Positions 40,198-51,011 of a stretch of 64,000 bases of DNA are shown here, piece after piece (the stretch's first letter is position 1; the number at the start of each line of letters is the position of its first letter). The DNA comes from Rhizodiscina lignyota. Its lineage: Eukaryota. The notes beneath the pieces are model-generated. The model was not told the origin of the DNA. It did not search any database and saw only the letters and a program-made list of their open reading frames with translations. The stretch spans positions 434,001 through 498,000 of the forward strand of contig ML978124.1 in the NCBI GenBank assembly GCA_010015805.1, in the 5' to 3' direction. Position numbers and translations under genes: made by a program.

Positions 40198-41867
40198 GGG
40201 TAGGTTGTCTCAGGGTGTTGTGGAGAGTTGGAGGTACAACGCGGTCAGAACCGAGAGTTATTGTATCGCAACGGCCGCGGCAATTGGAGTTCGATGGAAA
40301 TTTATCCGCAGGGCGAACATAGGGCGAATGTAAATGTCATGGACACGAAAGAGATGCCTGAGGAAGCGATGACATGGCGACGCCCCTCGATTAGGATACA
40401 GAAGGTGCTGAAGTTCTGGGGCAGCTTGGCACCATGGCGCAGTTTGATCATGAAATCAGCAAGCATGCTTCATTTCTTTGCCAGCCAATCAGCGTGCTCC
40501 TCGGTTCAACCCGAACGACGCCGGCAAGGCTGTCCGGGCGTATTTCGCATTCGCTAGTGGAGGAGGATCGTAAATGTAACCGGGTACATTCTGAACAGCC
40601 ACGATTCGTCTAGCAAAACTTTGGAAAAGCCCAACGAGCGGTTACTTAATGATGTTTCAGCAGCCGCAGTTGCCGGCCTGTGTCTTCTCACCAGGGATTT
40701 GTCCTGTGGCAGTATCGTACCGCCACCTTCCGCACTAGCGATCGTACTCGGCTATTCGATGGACATTGACGACCTTTCATGTGTTCGATGTGATGCGAGT
40801 TAATGATAAATTAGAAACTTACGATTTCGTCTGAACAATAGAGCTGATAAGTTTGCTGTGGTTGAGTTGAGCAAGCGCTATCTGGATGAAGTACTAACCT
40901 AACAGAGGCAGTGAGTTTAGACCGCTCCCCTTACCGGTGTAGCTATCGGCCGCTTGCCAGTCAGATTTTGGAGCCTCTTAGAGATCAAGCACAAACACGG
41001 AAGCTGTTTGCTTGAAGGCTTAGGCACGGGAGTAATACAGCTGACTCTCCGGTCATGGGGAGGCCTTGGAGACAAGGTCATTGAAATCGTGATGAGACCG
41101 CAAAGTAACTTAGCTACCCAGAGACCATCATTCAGAGTTGAATGGCTGATAGTAGCACTCCACACAATGAATGGCCAGGAACAATTCTGATTTGTGAATT
41201 ATGCTCCAAAGCGGCATTTTGGAAGGATGATTCATTCGACTTCGAACACGTGGAAATGAGAGAAGACTCCTGTTATTTTCTCAGAAGCTGTCATCTAAAA
41301 TTGAAAGATGAAGAGTTATGAATGAAAGGCCACGGTCGCTAAAGTCAAATTGGCATGCACATTGCGATGATATAGGTAGTCAATGGGACACAAAAAGTGG
41401 GTTTCCCAACCGGAGATGAATATTATATCGGGCCGATGCGCTCATTCATAGAACGCGACATCGGTAAGGTCCTCTCTCCTTCCAGCCGCGAGATATTTCT
41501 CCAAATGGGCAGCTGAAATGAAGAGAGAAGAAACAGGTTCTGGTTCCGAAACGCAATCGGCACGAAGATGCGCCAGCTATGATCAGTGTGGCTGCATCCT
41601 TTGGAGTTGTAGTAGTTGGGGATCGAGGTCGCCCGCACCGATTTCCACATTCCGTTACGCTCGCGCAGAATTCCTTCGTCGTCACCTTCGTCTGGCGACC
41701 GCCGCGCAATTCAACGACATCCCATTGGTTTCTGGAGAAGTAGCTGAAAGGAAGACTATTGCTATGGCAAGTATATTAATTAACCCAAGCTCTCTTGAAG
41801 TCCTCGTTTCGTATTCAACCACCTTTCTCTCAATCTATTCGTCTCCTGTTAATTGCTTCTTCCCATC

Positions 41868-44800
41868 ATGACAGAACCAATACCGGGCCCAAGGGGCTAT
41901 CCCATCATTGGAAATTTGCTGGATGTCCAGGCTGAAGTCCCTCTCCACGCCCTGGAGCGTCTTGCAGATATTTACGGGCCTCTCTTCAAATTCAAGGTCG
42001 GCAGCCATGAACGCGTCGCCACCGGCAGTTTCGAGATTTTCGATGAGCTTTGCGACGAAACGCGATTTTGGAAGGTACCTCCAAGGGCCTTGCAATCATC
42101 AGATGGACAACGGAGGGCCGTTGGCCTTTTCGCGTCTCCATCTGAGAAGAACGAAGATTGGGGACAAGCGCACCGAATACTAATGCCTGCTTTCGGGCCA
42201 ATCGCAATCGAATCGATGTTTAATGGTAAGCTCCACTCTCAAACTACAGCATAGTGCATTCGATCACACTAACATTCAATAGAGATGCACGACATTGCCA
42301 GTCAGCTAATTCTCAAGTGGGCGAGAAAAGGATCCGATTACAAAATCCCGGTTTCTGGTGACATGTCTCGACTCACACTTGACACTATCGCTCTCTGTGC
42401 CATGGATTTCCGCTTCAATTCATTTTACCAAGATGAACTGCATCCGTTTGTTCAAGCAATGAACAATGTTCTAGCGAACAGAAGCAATGCTGTTCAGTTA
42501 TCGGGTATCATTTCGAGGTTGCTACCCTCCCACACAGAACAATTGAAGAAAGATTCTCTTTATCAGAAGAAGGTATCTCAAGATTTGGTGCAGTACCGGC
42601 GCGATCATCCGACGGATAAAAAGGACCTCCTCAATGCAATGATATATGGGAAGGATCCGAGGAGTGGCCAAACAATGAGAGACGAGTTGATCGCGGCTAA
42701 TATGCAAACGTTCTTGGTTGCCGGTATGCAAGAGGAGCTGTGAGCATTGATTTAGAAGCTAATTAGCTTTACAGGACATGAAACGACATCGGGCCTTCTA
42801 TCGTTCGCGTTTCTATTAATGCTCAAGAATCCTTCGACCTATTTCGCTGCCCAACAGGAAGTCGACCGAGTCATCGGTAAAGGCAAAGTAGAGGTTAAAC
42901 ATCTCAACCAGCTCAAATACATCAATGCTCTTCTTCGCGAAACTTTACGCTTAACTCCCACGGCGCCGGCGATTACGAGAAGTGTGAGGCCTGAGAACAA
43001 GGAAGAAATCCCAACGGTGGGCGGCGGGAAATGGGCAGTGCCGAGAGATGGTGCTGTCATATGCCTTCTTGGCAAGATCCAGCGAGACCCAAAAGTGTGG
43101 GGCGATGATGCGGAAGAGTTCAAACCAGAGCGCATGATAGATGAGAAGTTTGAGAAGATCCCGAAGAATGCTTGGAAGCCATTCGGAACAGGACTTAGAG
43201 CCTGTATAGGTCGTGCCTTTGCCTGGCAAGAGGCAGTCCTTGCTGTGGCCTTGATTCTCCAGAATTTCGACCTCTCACTCGACGATCCCAAATATGAGTT
43301 CAAAGTCGTCCAAACGCTAACAATCAAGCCAAAAGACTTCTTCATGAGAGCAAAACTCAGGCCTGGAATCGTTGCTACTCAACTTCAAGAGTCTCTCATG
43401 GCCTCGGCACCAACTGATCTTAGCCCTCACGAACATGCGAGCAAGCCTGGAACTCAAGACCCGCACGCTGGCAAGATAAGGATACTGTATGGCTCAAACA
43501 CCGGGACTTGCCAGTCACTCGCTCAGAAGTTAGCTTCGCAAGCCAAATCGGCCGGCTCTGAGGCATCTGTGGAGGATATGGACTCGATGATAGGCAGTCT
43601 ACCAAAGGACCAGCCTGTTGTAATAATCACAGCATCATATGAAGGCCAACCTCCCGACAATGCCGCCCGGTTCGTCGCTTGGTTAGAATCGCTTGAGGAC
43701 AAGAAGGCTTTTGAGGGAACCAAATTTGCCGTTTTCGGATGCGGCCACAGCGACTGGCGGACCACATTCTTACGGATACCGCAGCTTGTCGACAGCAAGT
43801 TGGCTGAACTCGGTGCTTCACGTATCACTGCCATGGGAAGCACAGATGTATCGAAAAACAACATCTTTGATGATTTTGAAACGTGGGCGGAGAAGGAGTT
43901 ATGGCCCGTAATGCCAGCTGTTTCTGGATCACAGCCAGTATCGATGACAGAGTCGGTGAAGCTACCAGACTTGATTGTCGAAACAACTGCCCAACGCCGT
44001 GCCGCGCACCTCAAGCAAGATTTGCAGTACGGTACGGTCGTCGATGTCAAGCGGCTCACAGCATCCACTCAACGCGAGAAACGGCATATTGAGATTGAGC
44101 TGCCTGAGGGCATGACATATCAAGTCGGAGACTACCTCGCGGTGCTTCCACTGAACCCAGATGATAGCGTAAAGAGGGTGATGAAGAGGCTTGGTCTTCC
44201 AGCAGATGGAGTCCTGACTATTCGCGACGCGGGACCAACGATACTTCCAACGGAGGCACCAATTATGTTGTTCGGGGTACTTAAAGGCTACGTTGAATTA
44301 TCACAGCCTGCAACACCGAGAGTATGCTCATATCAGACCAACCCTCCGATAGAATAATATTGCTAACTCAACTGAAATAGGATGTTGCTCAACTTGTGGA
44401 CCTGGCAGTGGATCCGGATGAAAGGGGGAAGCTGAAGGACCTGACTGATCCGGACATCTACACCACGTCGATACTCAATCATCGTACTAGCGTCATTGAT
44501 CTCCTCGAACGCTGTCCTAGCATTCAAATCTCTCTTGCTCAGCTCCTCACGATGCTGCCTCCACTCAGACCACGACACTACTCCATCTCCTCATCATCGC
44601 TCAACAAAGCATCCTCATGTACACTCACATATTCTGTCATCGACGAGCCTGCTATGTCCAACAGCGATGAGCATTTCGAAGGCATCACAAGCACTTATCT
44701 TCGCGACCTCAAGCCTGGCGACCGCATACTCGTCTCTGTTCGGTCCACAAACAAGCAGTTCCGTCTTCCAACTGACCCGGAGAAGACACCAATCATGATG

Positions 44801-45262
44801 GTTGCGGCGGGCTCGGGCATCGCGCCTTTCCGTGGGTTTATCGAGGAGCGCGCAGTTTTGATCAAGGAAGGGAACCGCAAACTTGCTAAAGCCCTGCTCT
44901 TCTTCGGCTGCCGCTCTCCCACGGCAGACTGTATGTACAGAGACGAATTCGACGAATGGGTCAAGATTGGTGCCGTCGATGTTCGATACTGTTTCAGCCA
45001 GGACCCAGCGCGCAGTGAAGGCTGCAAGTACGTCCAGGATCGGATGTTGAAGGACAGACAGGATATTTATGATCTGTGGGACGGAGATGCGAAGTTTTTC
45101 GTCTGTGGCACGAAGAATGTTGCCCACGAAGTTGCTCGGGTGGCAAGGGAATTGGTGAAGGGGAAAGCCGAGGCGGAAGGCAACAAGGTGAGTGACGAAG
45201 AGGTCGACGAGTGGATCAAGGAGAAGAGGGGTGAGAGATTTGTTAGTGATGTATTCTCATGA
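41868..45262 (+). CDS. CYP505: Self-sufficient cytochrome P450/NADPH-P450 reductase fusion, CYP505 family
   Basis: PIPGPRGYPIIGN, AGHETT (across an intron), LRETLRL, FKPERM, heme motif FGTGLRACIG, FMN loop YGSNTGTC, RHYSISSS, AGSGIAPFRGF, C-terminal FVSDVFS. Three introns. Confidence 0.96.
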
Positions 45263-45535
45263 CCGTATACTTTATTCAATGTGGACTGCGGTAATAATCT
45301 AATGTATCATAAACACCTATTCCGTAAGTTGTATTCGTTGTAGCAGCTTGCGCTGTACCTCTATGCAGTAATTCATTAAGTCACCCCGCTGACCTTATTC
45401 TGCCAACCTTACACTATATGCAGAACGTCATGAAGTTGTGCGGTTGACTCTCTTCCATCCAGATTGAATTGTATACAAAGGCAAGATGCTCAAATCAAAA
45501 CACTTCTATGAGGCAAAACAACAATGATATTCAAT

Positions 45536-46141
45536 CTATGCTTTAACTGCTACGAATCCCTCCTCCACCGCCTCGCGTGTATGCGGTAAAACATAGTCTG
45601 CTTGCGTGCACTGCGCCTGCAACCCCCATGACACCAGCGACGGCACCTGTATTCCAAATGTCAGGTGCCATACCTCCACCGCCTTCATCGACTCTTCGCA
45701 CAGGCGACCTCTTCCTCGCCAGAGGTTGCCCAACCACGTCCGCGGGACCCTGTACACGTGCTTCGTGTTTACCCAGCTTGCACACCAGAGCTCCGAAATG
45801 TCTTCCATTTCGAGCATTAGGCCGGTGTCTGGATGGGGGAGGGCTGGGGGAAGGGGGAGGAAATGCGTCCTTGATGATCCGTAGTGTGTCTGGCTGCCGA
45901 ATTGCGGCAACTGAAAGTCGGTGTTGTGGAAGGATGTCACAGTGAAAATATCGACTTGGTCGATTTCGGGGAAGTAGTCTAGTACGATGACTGGATGCGA
46001 GAAGCATCCATCAGGGACATAGACGGGGTATGGAGTAGGGGCTAGGTGCTTTAGCTTTGGCAGCCAGAGAATTTCGCCACGGCGGCAGAGTCCTGGTTTG
46101 ACTGCTGGATGCTTTTGGAGGTTTCCTTTGAATTGTGCCAT
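45536..46141 (-). CDS. Uncharacterised protein with a putative PemK/MazF-like domain (paralog A)
   Basis: Intronless 201-aa ORF: RGEILWLP...GCFSHPVIVLD...VDIFTVTSF...FLPLPPA...SWVN...YRV...LCEESM. Shares this motif series with the 51012-52385 ORF. The fold assignment is inference. Confidence 0.65.
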   Translation of the reverse strand: MAQFKGNLQKHPAVKPGLCRRGEILWLPKLKHLAPTPYPVYVPDGCFSHPVIVLDYFPEIDQVDIFTVTSFHNTDFQLPQFGSQTHYGSSRTHFLPLPPALPHPDTGLMLEMEDISELWCASWVNTKHVYRVPRTWLGNLWRGRGRLCEESMKAVEVWHLTFGIQVPSLVSWGLQAQCTQADYVLPHTREAVEEGFVAVKA

Positions 46142-46913
46142 TGTTCAAAGTTCCTGTTGGTTCGATGTGTTTCCGTGGTGTGATATGTGATGTGCTTATT
46201 CGTTGTGTGTGCTTTCTTGCTACGAAACGTGCGTATATCTGACCGAAGCGTAGAAACGATTGTGATGAACGATCGGATGTGCGAGATGGAATGTAACTGA
46301 AGAGAAAGAAGGAAGGAAGGGAAGCATAGCTTTATTCTGTTGCCCTGCTGAAGATAGAAATTCACCGTTGGAAATTGTGCAGTGTAGAAAATAGGAAATG
46401 CTTCATTGGAAGCTCTATGATTGGATTGTAGAAAGCCGTTGAAGGCGCTGTTGACCAAATTGCGGCCATGATGATTTGACGTGGTCCCCATCAAATTATC
46501 TGACTCGCGTACCAGTGTTATTTACATGACGAATCTCTCGATGGAGAATTATCATTTTCTCTGCGGGGATTGGGGCCCGTTATGTGGAGGAGAAAAGGTG
46601 ATCTATGATACTCAACGTTGGAAGAGCATTAGTGCGGCGCGTCTGCAGAGTGCCTTAAGCGCATACATAAGCCATTGTATATACCTGCTACGCATATACG
46701 GCATTGCGTTAAGATGTGAAAGATTTCGAATATCTTGATATTAGAATGTTGAAGTAGTACTGAAGATCGTGAAGAGAGGCGAAAAGAAAAGGAGAAGTCG
46801 CCAGGTGGGGCCAATCTCTTTTAGGAAACAAATGATCCGCTTTAAACGGCCCGGTCCATCTTGCGGGGGTGGGGCAGGGGCCAGGGTGGGTGGCCAGAGT
46901 GGGTGGCTTGATC

Positions 46914-47266
46914 CAGGGTGTCCAATAATCCTCTGGGATTATGGATTATCATAATCTTAATAATCAAGATTATCATAATCGGATTATAATCAGATTATAA
47001 TCCTAGTACCTAAGCCTAGGGGGATAGCACCTAAACCTAGGGGGGCTTAGGTCCCGAAAGCTAGGTGCTCTAGGGGTATACACAGATCATTATTTTTAAA
47101 ATTTAGAGTACAGTAATTAAAAGTTACAGCTACCTAGCTTTAGGTACCTAACCCTTCTAGGGCTAGGTACATCCAGATTATGAGAGGATTATATAATCTC
47201 ATAATCAGGATTATCATAATCTAACCTAATCCATAATCGTTCATAATCTGATTATTGGACACCCTG
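46914..47266. mobile_element. Non-autonomous hAT-type DNA transposon (MITE-like), 353 bp
   Basis: Perfect 17-bp TIRs CAGGGTGTCCAATAATC (46914-46930) / GATTATTGGACACCCTG (47250-47266). 8-bp TSD GCTTGATC (46906-46913 and 47267-47274). Dense subterminal GATTAT/ATAATC repeats; no coding capacity. Confidence 0.93.
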
Positions 47267-47484
47267 GCTTGATCCAACAAGTCGAAGCAATTCTCACTCT
47301 TCAACAAAATCGAGAGCATCTCTGAAAACCTTATATAATATGCTCGAGGCATTAGTTATCAAAAATGCACAGCTTCAACATACGCGAGTTGTATTAGCTG
47401 TGACTCAACCTCATTAGTACTCTCTACCCCTGCTAAAGAAACATGAAATGCCACCATCCCTCCTTTACATCTGTTGCGCATGCG

Positions 47485-47880
47485 CTAGAACGAGAAGGTA
47501 AACACCAAAAGCAGTCCCACAACCAGAATCACGAACACTGCAGAAATCACGGCCACGTACATCGGGAGGTTAGATCCGGTTGGCGACTCCAAGTCCAAGC
47601 TCTCTTCATCGTAAATCCGTTCGTGTCGCCTTCCATATTCGTATCTTTCCAATTGAAGCAATGGCAGCTGTTCGTGGGGGAAGTGGAGGAGTGCGATACT
47701 CGAGGTGCGACTGTTGCTGGCGACTCTGGATGGGCCACTTATTACGAGCGGGTTCGTTAACGGTTCGTAGTCTCCGACGAGAGTGGAGCCACTGTAGCTA
47801 CTAACGGCTGTGGACTCGTAGCTACCAACGACAAGTGCGCCGGCGACAGCATGGTCGGAAGTTGTGGTTCCGTAAGACAT
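47485..47880 (-). CDS. Hypothetical small tail-anchored membrane protein
   Basis: 131-aa ATG ORF, Ser-rich N-terminal part, terminal TM helix MYVAVISAVFVILVVGLLLVFTFSF. Confidence 0.55.
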   Translation of the reverse strand: MSYGTTTSDHAVAGALVVGSYESTAVSSYSGSTLVGDYEPLTNPLVISGPSRVASNSRTSSIALLHFPHEQLPLLQLERYEYGRRHERIYDEESLDLESPTGSNLPMYVAVISAVFVILVVGLLLVFTFSF

Positions 47881-48391
47881 GATTCGATTGTAGTAGGAGT
47901 CGTATTGCTGATGTAGATGGAGTATCGGAGTAATTCTCGAACGTAGTTTCGCTCTTGTATCCTGCTGTGTTCGACTCTGGAATCTTGAACTGTTTGAGGA
48001 TATGTGAGATGAAGAGAATGAAAAGAATGTGAGAAGGAAAGTCTGATAAATACATAAGGATGATCTGAATATTGGAATATTCTATTGGATGTACGAATTT
48101 GATGATGATTCCGATCTCATACTTTCAACGGCGGTGATATGCATTACATAATCTAATAGTTTTCCACCAAGCTTGGAAAATCCAACGTCGCTGATAATAT
48201 CGCTAGGGATGCATGACGTTTCGATAACAATTTAAGTGCAAGCGTCCGCGGCGAAGCTCGGATGTGAAATGATGGGAAAGGCTGTCATTCGAACATCGAT
48301 CCCCTGGTGACTTCCTATCAAAATGATGACACTCCACAGGGAGTGTGTCTTCTCTCTCATATAACCATCTTTCGTAAATATTCCTTCTTGA

Positions 48392-49184
48392 TCAAGGCTC
48401 CAATCCCGATCTCAGACGGCCGGGAGAGTCATGATCGTGATATTCGCATTTCCGGACACTGCAGGCACTCCGCTTATTTGACTGGCGGCAAATTTCGCAT
48501 CGCGCATACTCGTGCGGTCCTTCATGTGCACGGCGCCTGATAATCAGGTCTTGAAGGAATTCCTGCCGTCCTTCAATCGTTTTCTCTTCAATAGCCGACT
48601 CTACCCAGTCAGCTAGACTGTACCACCATAAGGCAACCATGTCTACTGCTAACTTCCGCAGGTCAGCCCCTGCGGAAGTATTTTCATAGATGTACTGAAC
48701 GTAGCAGACAAGATCGTCGGACCCTGCAAGCCAGAGATCGATCAATATGTCGATGATAGTATTCTTGAGAGCCGGAATACCGCACTTGTCAGCAAAGACC
48801 CAAACCTCACATAGGAGCTTGCGAAAGTCGGGATGCTGTGCTTTTGTAGCCCCCATGTCTTCGAACAGTTGTCCAGTGTAGAGCCAGAATAGGAAAACCT
48901 CGAAGACCTCATTCTTGGTGTTTTTGAGAACCAATGGTTTGTTTGTATAATTCGCAACGCTGTCGTGAATGATGCCGTCGAAATACGAAGACGCGAAAGA
49001 GATGAGGCGCCCACGGAAGGTGTATCCTCGGTTTCCGACAACGATGTTGACGAATTCACCGCCGAACAAGGTCGGACTACTTTGTCAGTAGCAGAACAAG
49101 CGGATGATTACTCAGGGCTTACTCTTTCTGCTTCAGCATTAATGCCTCCTGTGTGGGACATCCCTTCGAGATTTGATTACCCAT
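48392..49184 (-). CDS. Fungal BTB/POZ-domain protein with a predicted N-myristoylation start (MGNQISK)
   Basis: VNIVVG...LISFASSYFD...FEVFLFWLYTGQL...VWVFADKCGIPALKN...YIYENT...LRKLAVD...CEYHDH. Exon 1 49123-49184 plus intron 49077-49122 (GTAAGC...CTGAC...TAG) is phase-consistent. Confidence 0.85.
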
Positions 49185-49506
49185 CTTCTGTGAGTTTCGG
49201 TGATCTAGAACCAGACGAAACAGTCGAACTTGCGAGATGAGTGAGAGAAATGAAAATATTTATGGTAGTCTAAAGCTTGATGGTGAGGCGGAGTTCGGTG
49301 GATTCAAATCATAGGTGAGGCTTTGAAGAGGAGGCAAGAACGCAAATTAGAAGCAGTTGATTCCAAACGGAACCAATGCATGCGCAACCAATTATTGGTA
49401 TTGACTGCCGTCCAATGCTTTCCACGCCAAACGACCCTCTCCGACCGAAAATGCCGCACAATAAGCCTCAATCCAGTTAATCATCGCTGCCATGCCAAAA
49501 TCGTCA

Positions 49507-50328
49507 TCAAGCGAACTTATCGTGTTTGCCTTTGACTTTGACATCAAGCAAAACCTCGTGAAAGTTCCCATCCCTTCTTGCCCTCTTGAGCATCTTGACA
49601 TCGTTGTCTTCGAGTCTCCGGCCAACCATTTCCTCAAGCTCCTTTCGACTAATCTTCTCCCGTGCTCTCTCTTCCTTGTTAGCCTTCAACTTCGGCTTGA
49701 ACCTGGCTTGCATCCGTATTCTGAAGGTCGTTCTGAACTCGATGAACTCCGCGTCTCCACGCACATCCGCAGCACTGCCCCCGACGGTGCCCTTATCCTC
49801 GTCAATAGCCAAGAACTTGTCTCGCTGTGTTTGTATGCCGAAAGCACCTGGATTGTCGGCCACTGGTATGCACAAGAATGACTCTTCGGGCGAGATTGCT
49901 TCTCGCGTTGCCGACAATACACCAAACTTGTCGCACGTCAGATATTTCCCATGATGGCCCTTGAAGCTGAAGCTCTCAGTGCCGGCTATACGCGTGGCGA
50001 CCCAAACTTGTCTGACATCGTGAGGTTCTGCAGTGAAGTGATGATCGCCCTCAACCTCTTCAACCTGTATTGAGAACACTTTGCCATTGTTATCGCAGGA
50101 AAGGCAGCTCGGGTGGTCGGTAGGCAGCACGATGATTACGGGACCTGAAATATCAGCGACTGCTTCGGCGTTCACCCACGAGTCGTCATCTTCAGCGGGT
50201 TCTTCTGTAGTCTTGACGAGCGCTTTTGGTTCGGGTGCTTCAGCGGCTGCACCTTCTTCGTCGGCGGGTGCGCGCTTCCGCTTTTTGCTTGGTTTCTTGT
50301 CGCCTTTGAACGTTAATGGTTTGACCAT
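49507..50328 (-). CDS. FRG1: FRG1-family protein
   Basis: MVKPLTFKGDKKPSKKRKR, EPHDVRQVWVA, SFKGHHGKYL, ATREAISPEE, RIRMQARFKPK, ARRDGNFHEVLLDVKVKGKHDKFA. Confidence 0.93.
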   Translation of the reverse strand: MVKPLTFKGDKKPSKKRKRAPADEEGAAAEAPEPKALVKTTEEPAEDDDSWVNAEAVADISGPVIIVLPTDHPSCLSCDNNGKVFSIQVEEVEGDHHFTAEPHDVRQVWVATRIAGTESFSFKGHHGKYLTCDKFGVLSATREAISPEESFLCIPVADNPGAFGIQTQRDKFLAIDEDKGTVGGSAADVRGDAEFIEFRTTFRIRMQARFKPKLKANKEERAREKISRKELEEMVGRRLEDNDVKMLKRARRDGNFHEVLLDVKVKGKHDKFA

Positions 50329-51011
50329 GTTGCCTGAAGAGGATTTGGGGGTTTGAAAGTTGGAAGTTAGGGCTTCAAGTGTACGGAGTAGCGCAGTTTC
50401 AATGACGTTCGGAAGAAGCCGAGAGAGCGCGTCACTTCACTCGGAAAGACGCGTCGCGACATTCGAACAGACAAATCTATCACGAGATCATGCAGTTGTA
50501 TATGCCATCCACTTTCGGCGAGCATTCTGCCAGATACAAAGTGAATTTGACGGCATGTGAAAATCGGAGTCAAGCACAGCTTCGACATACATGGACTCAT
50601 CGATTTGAGCGCGTACAGCTTGGACTTCTGACCCTTTCTCCTAAAGCGCCTAAAGGTAGAGCTTCAATTCGATTTGCCTAGGGTTTCCTTGTTCCAGGAA
50701 TGACGTGCACTGGAGTATTCACTTTGTTTCTAAAGACCTCTCTTCTACTAAAGAGTATTAGAGACCGGAGTTGAGAAAACAAGTTAAAATAATATACTCA
50801 TTCTTCTAGTGATGAGGGAGGAGCGACGGTGGAATGTGTAATTGAGCAATCATTGAATTATAGGAACACTTCCTTCTGTCGAATAAAGATATTTACTTGA
50901 ATGTCATTTGCATGACGATGAGCTCTCTCTTGCGCCAGTAGAAACTCGATGCTGAACACTGCTGGTACATGAAAAGCCAGGATTCCGTCCATTTGGACAT
51001 CAAAACACAAA

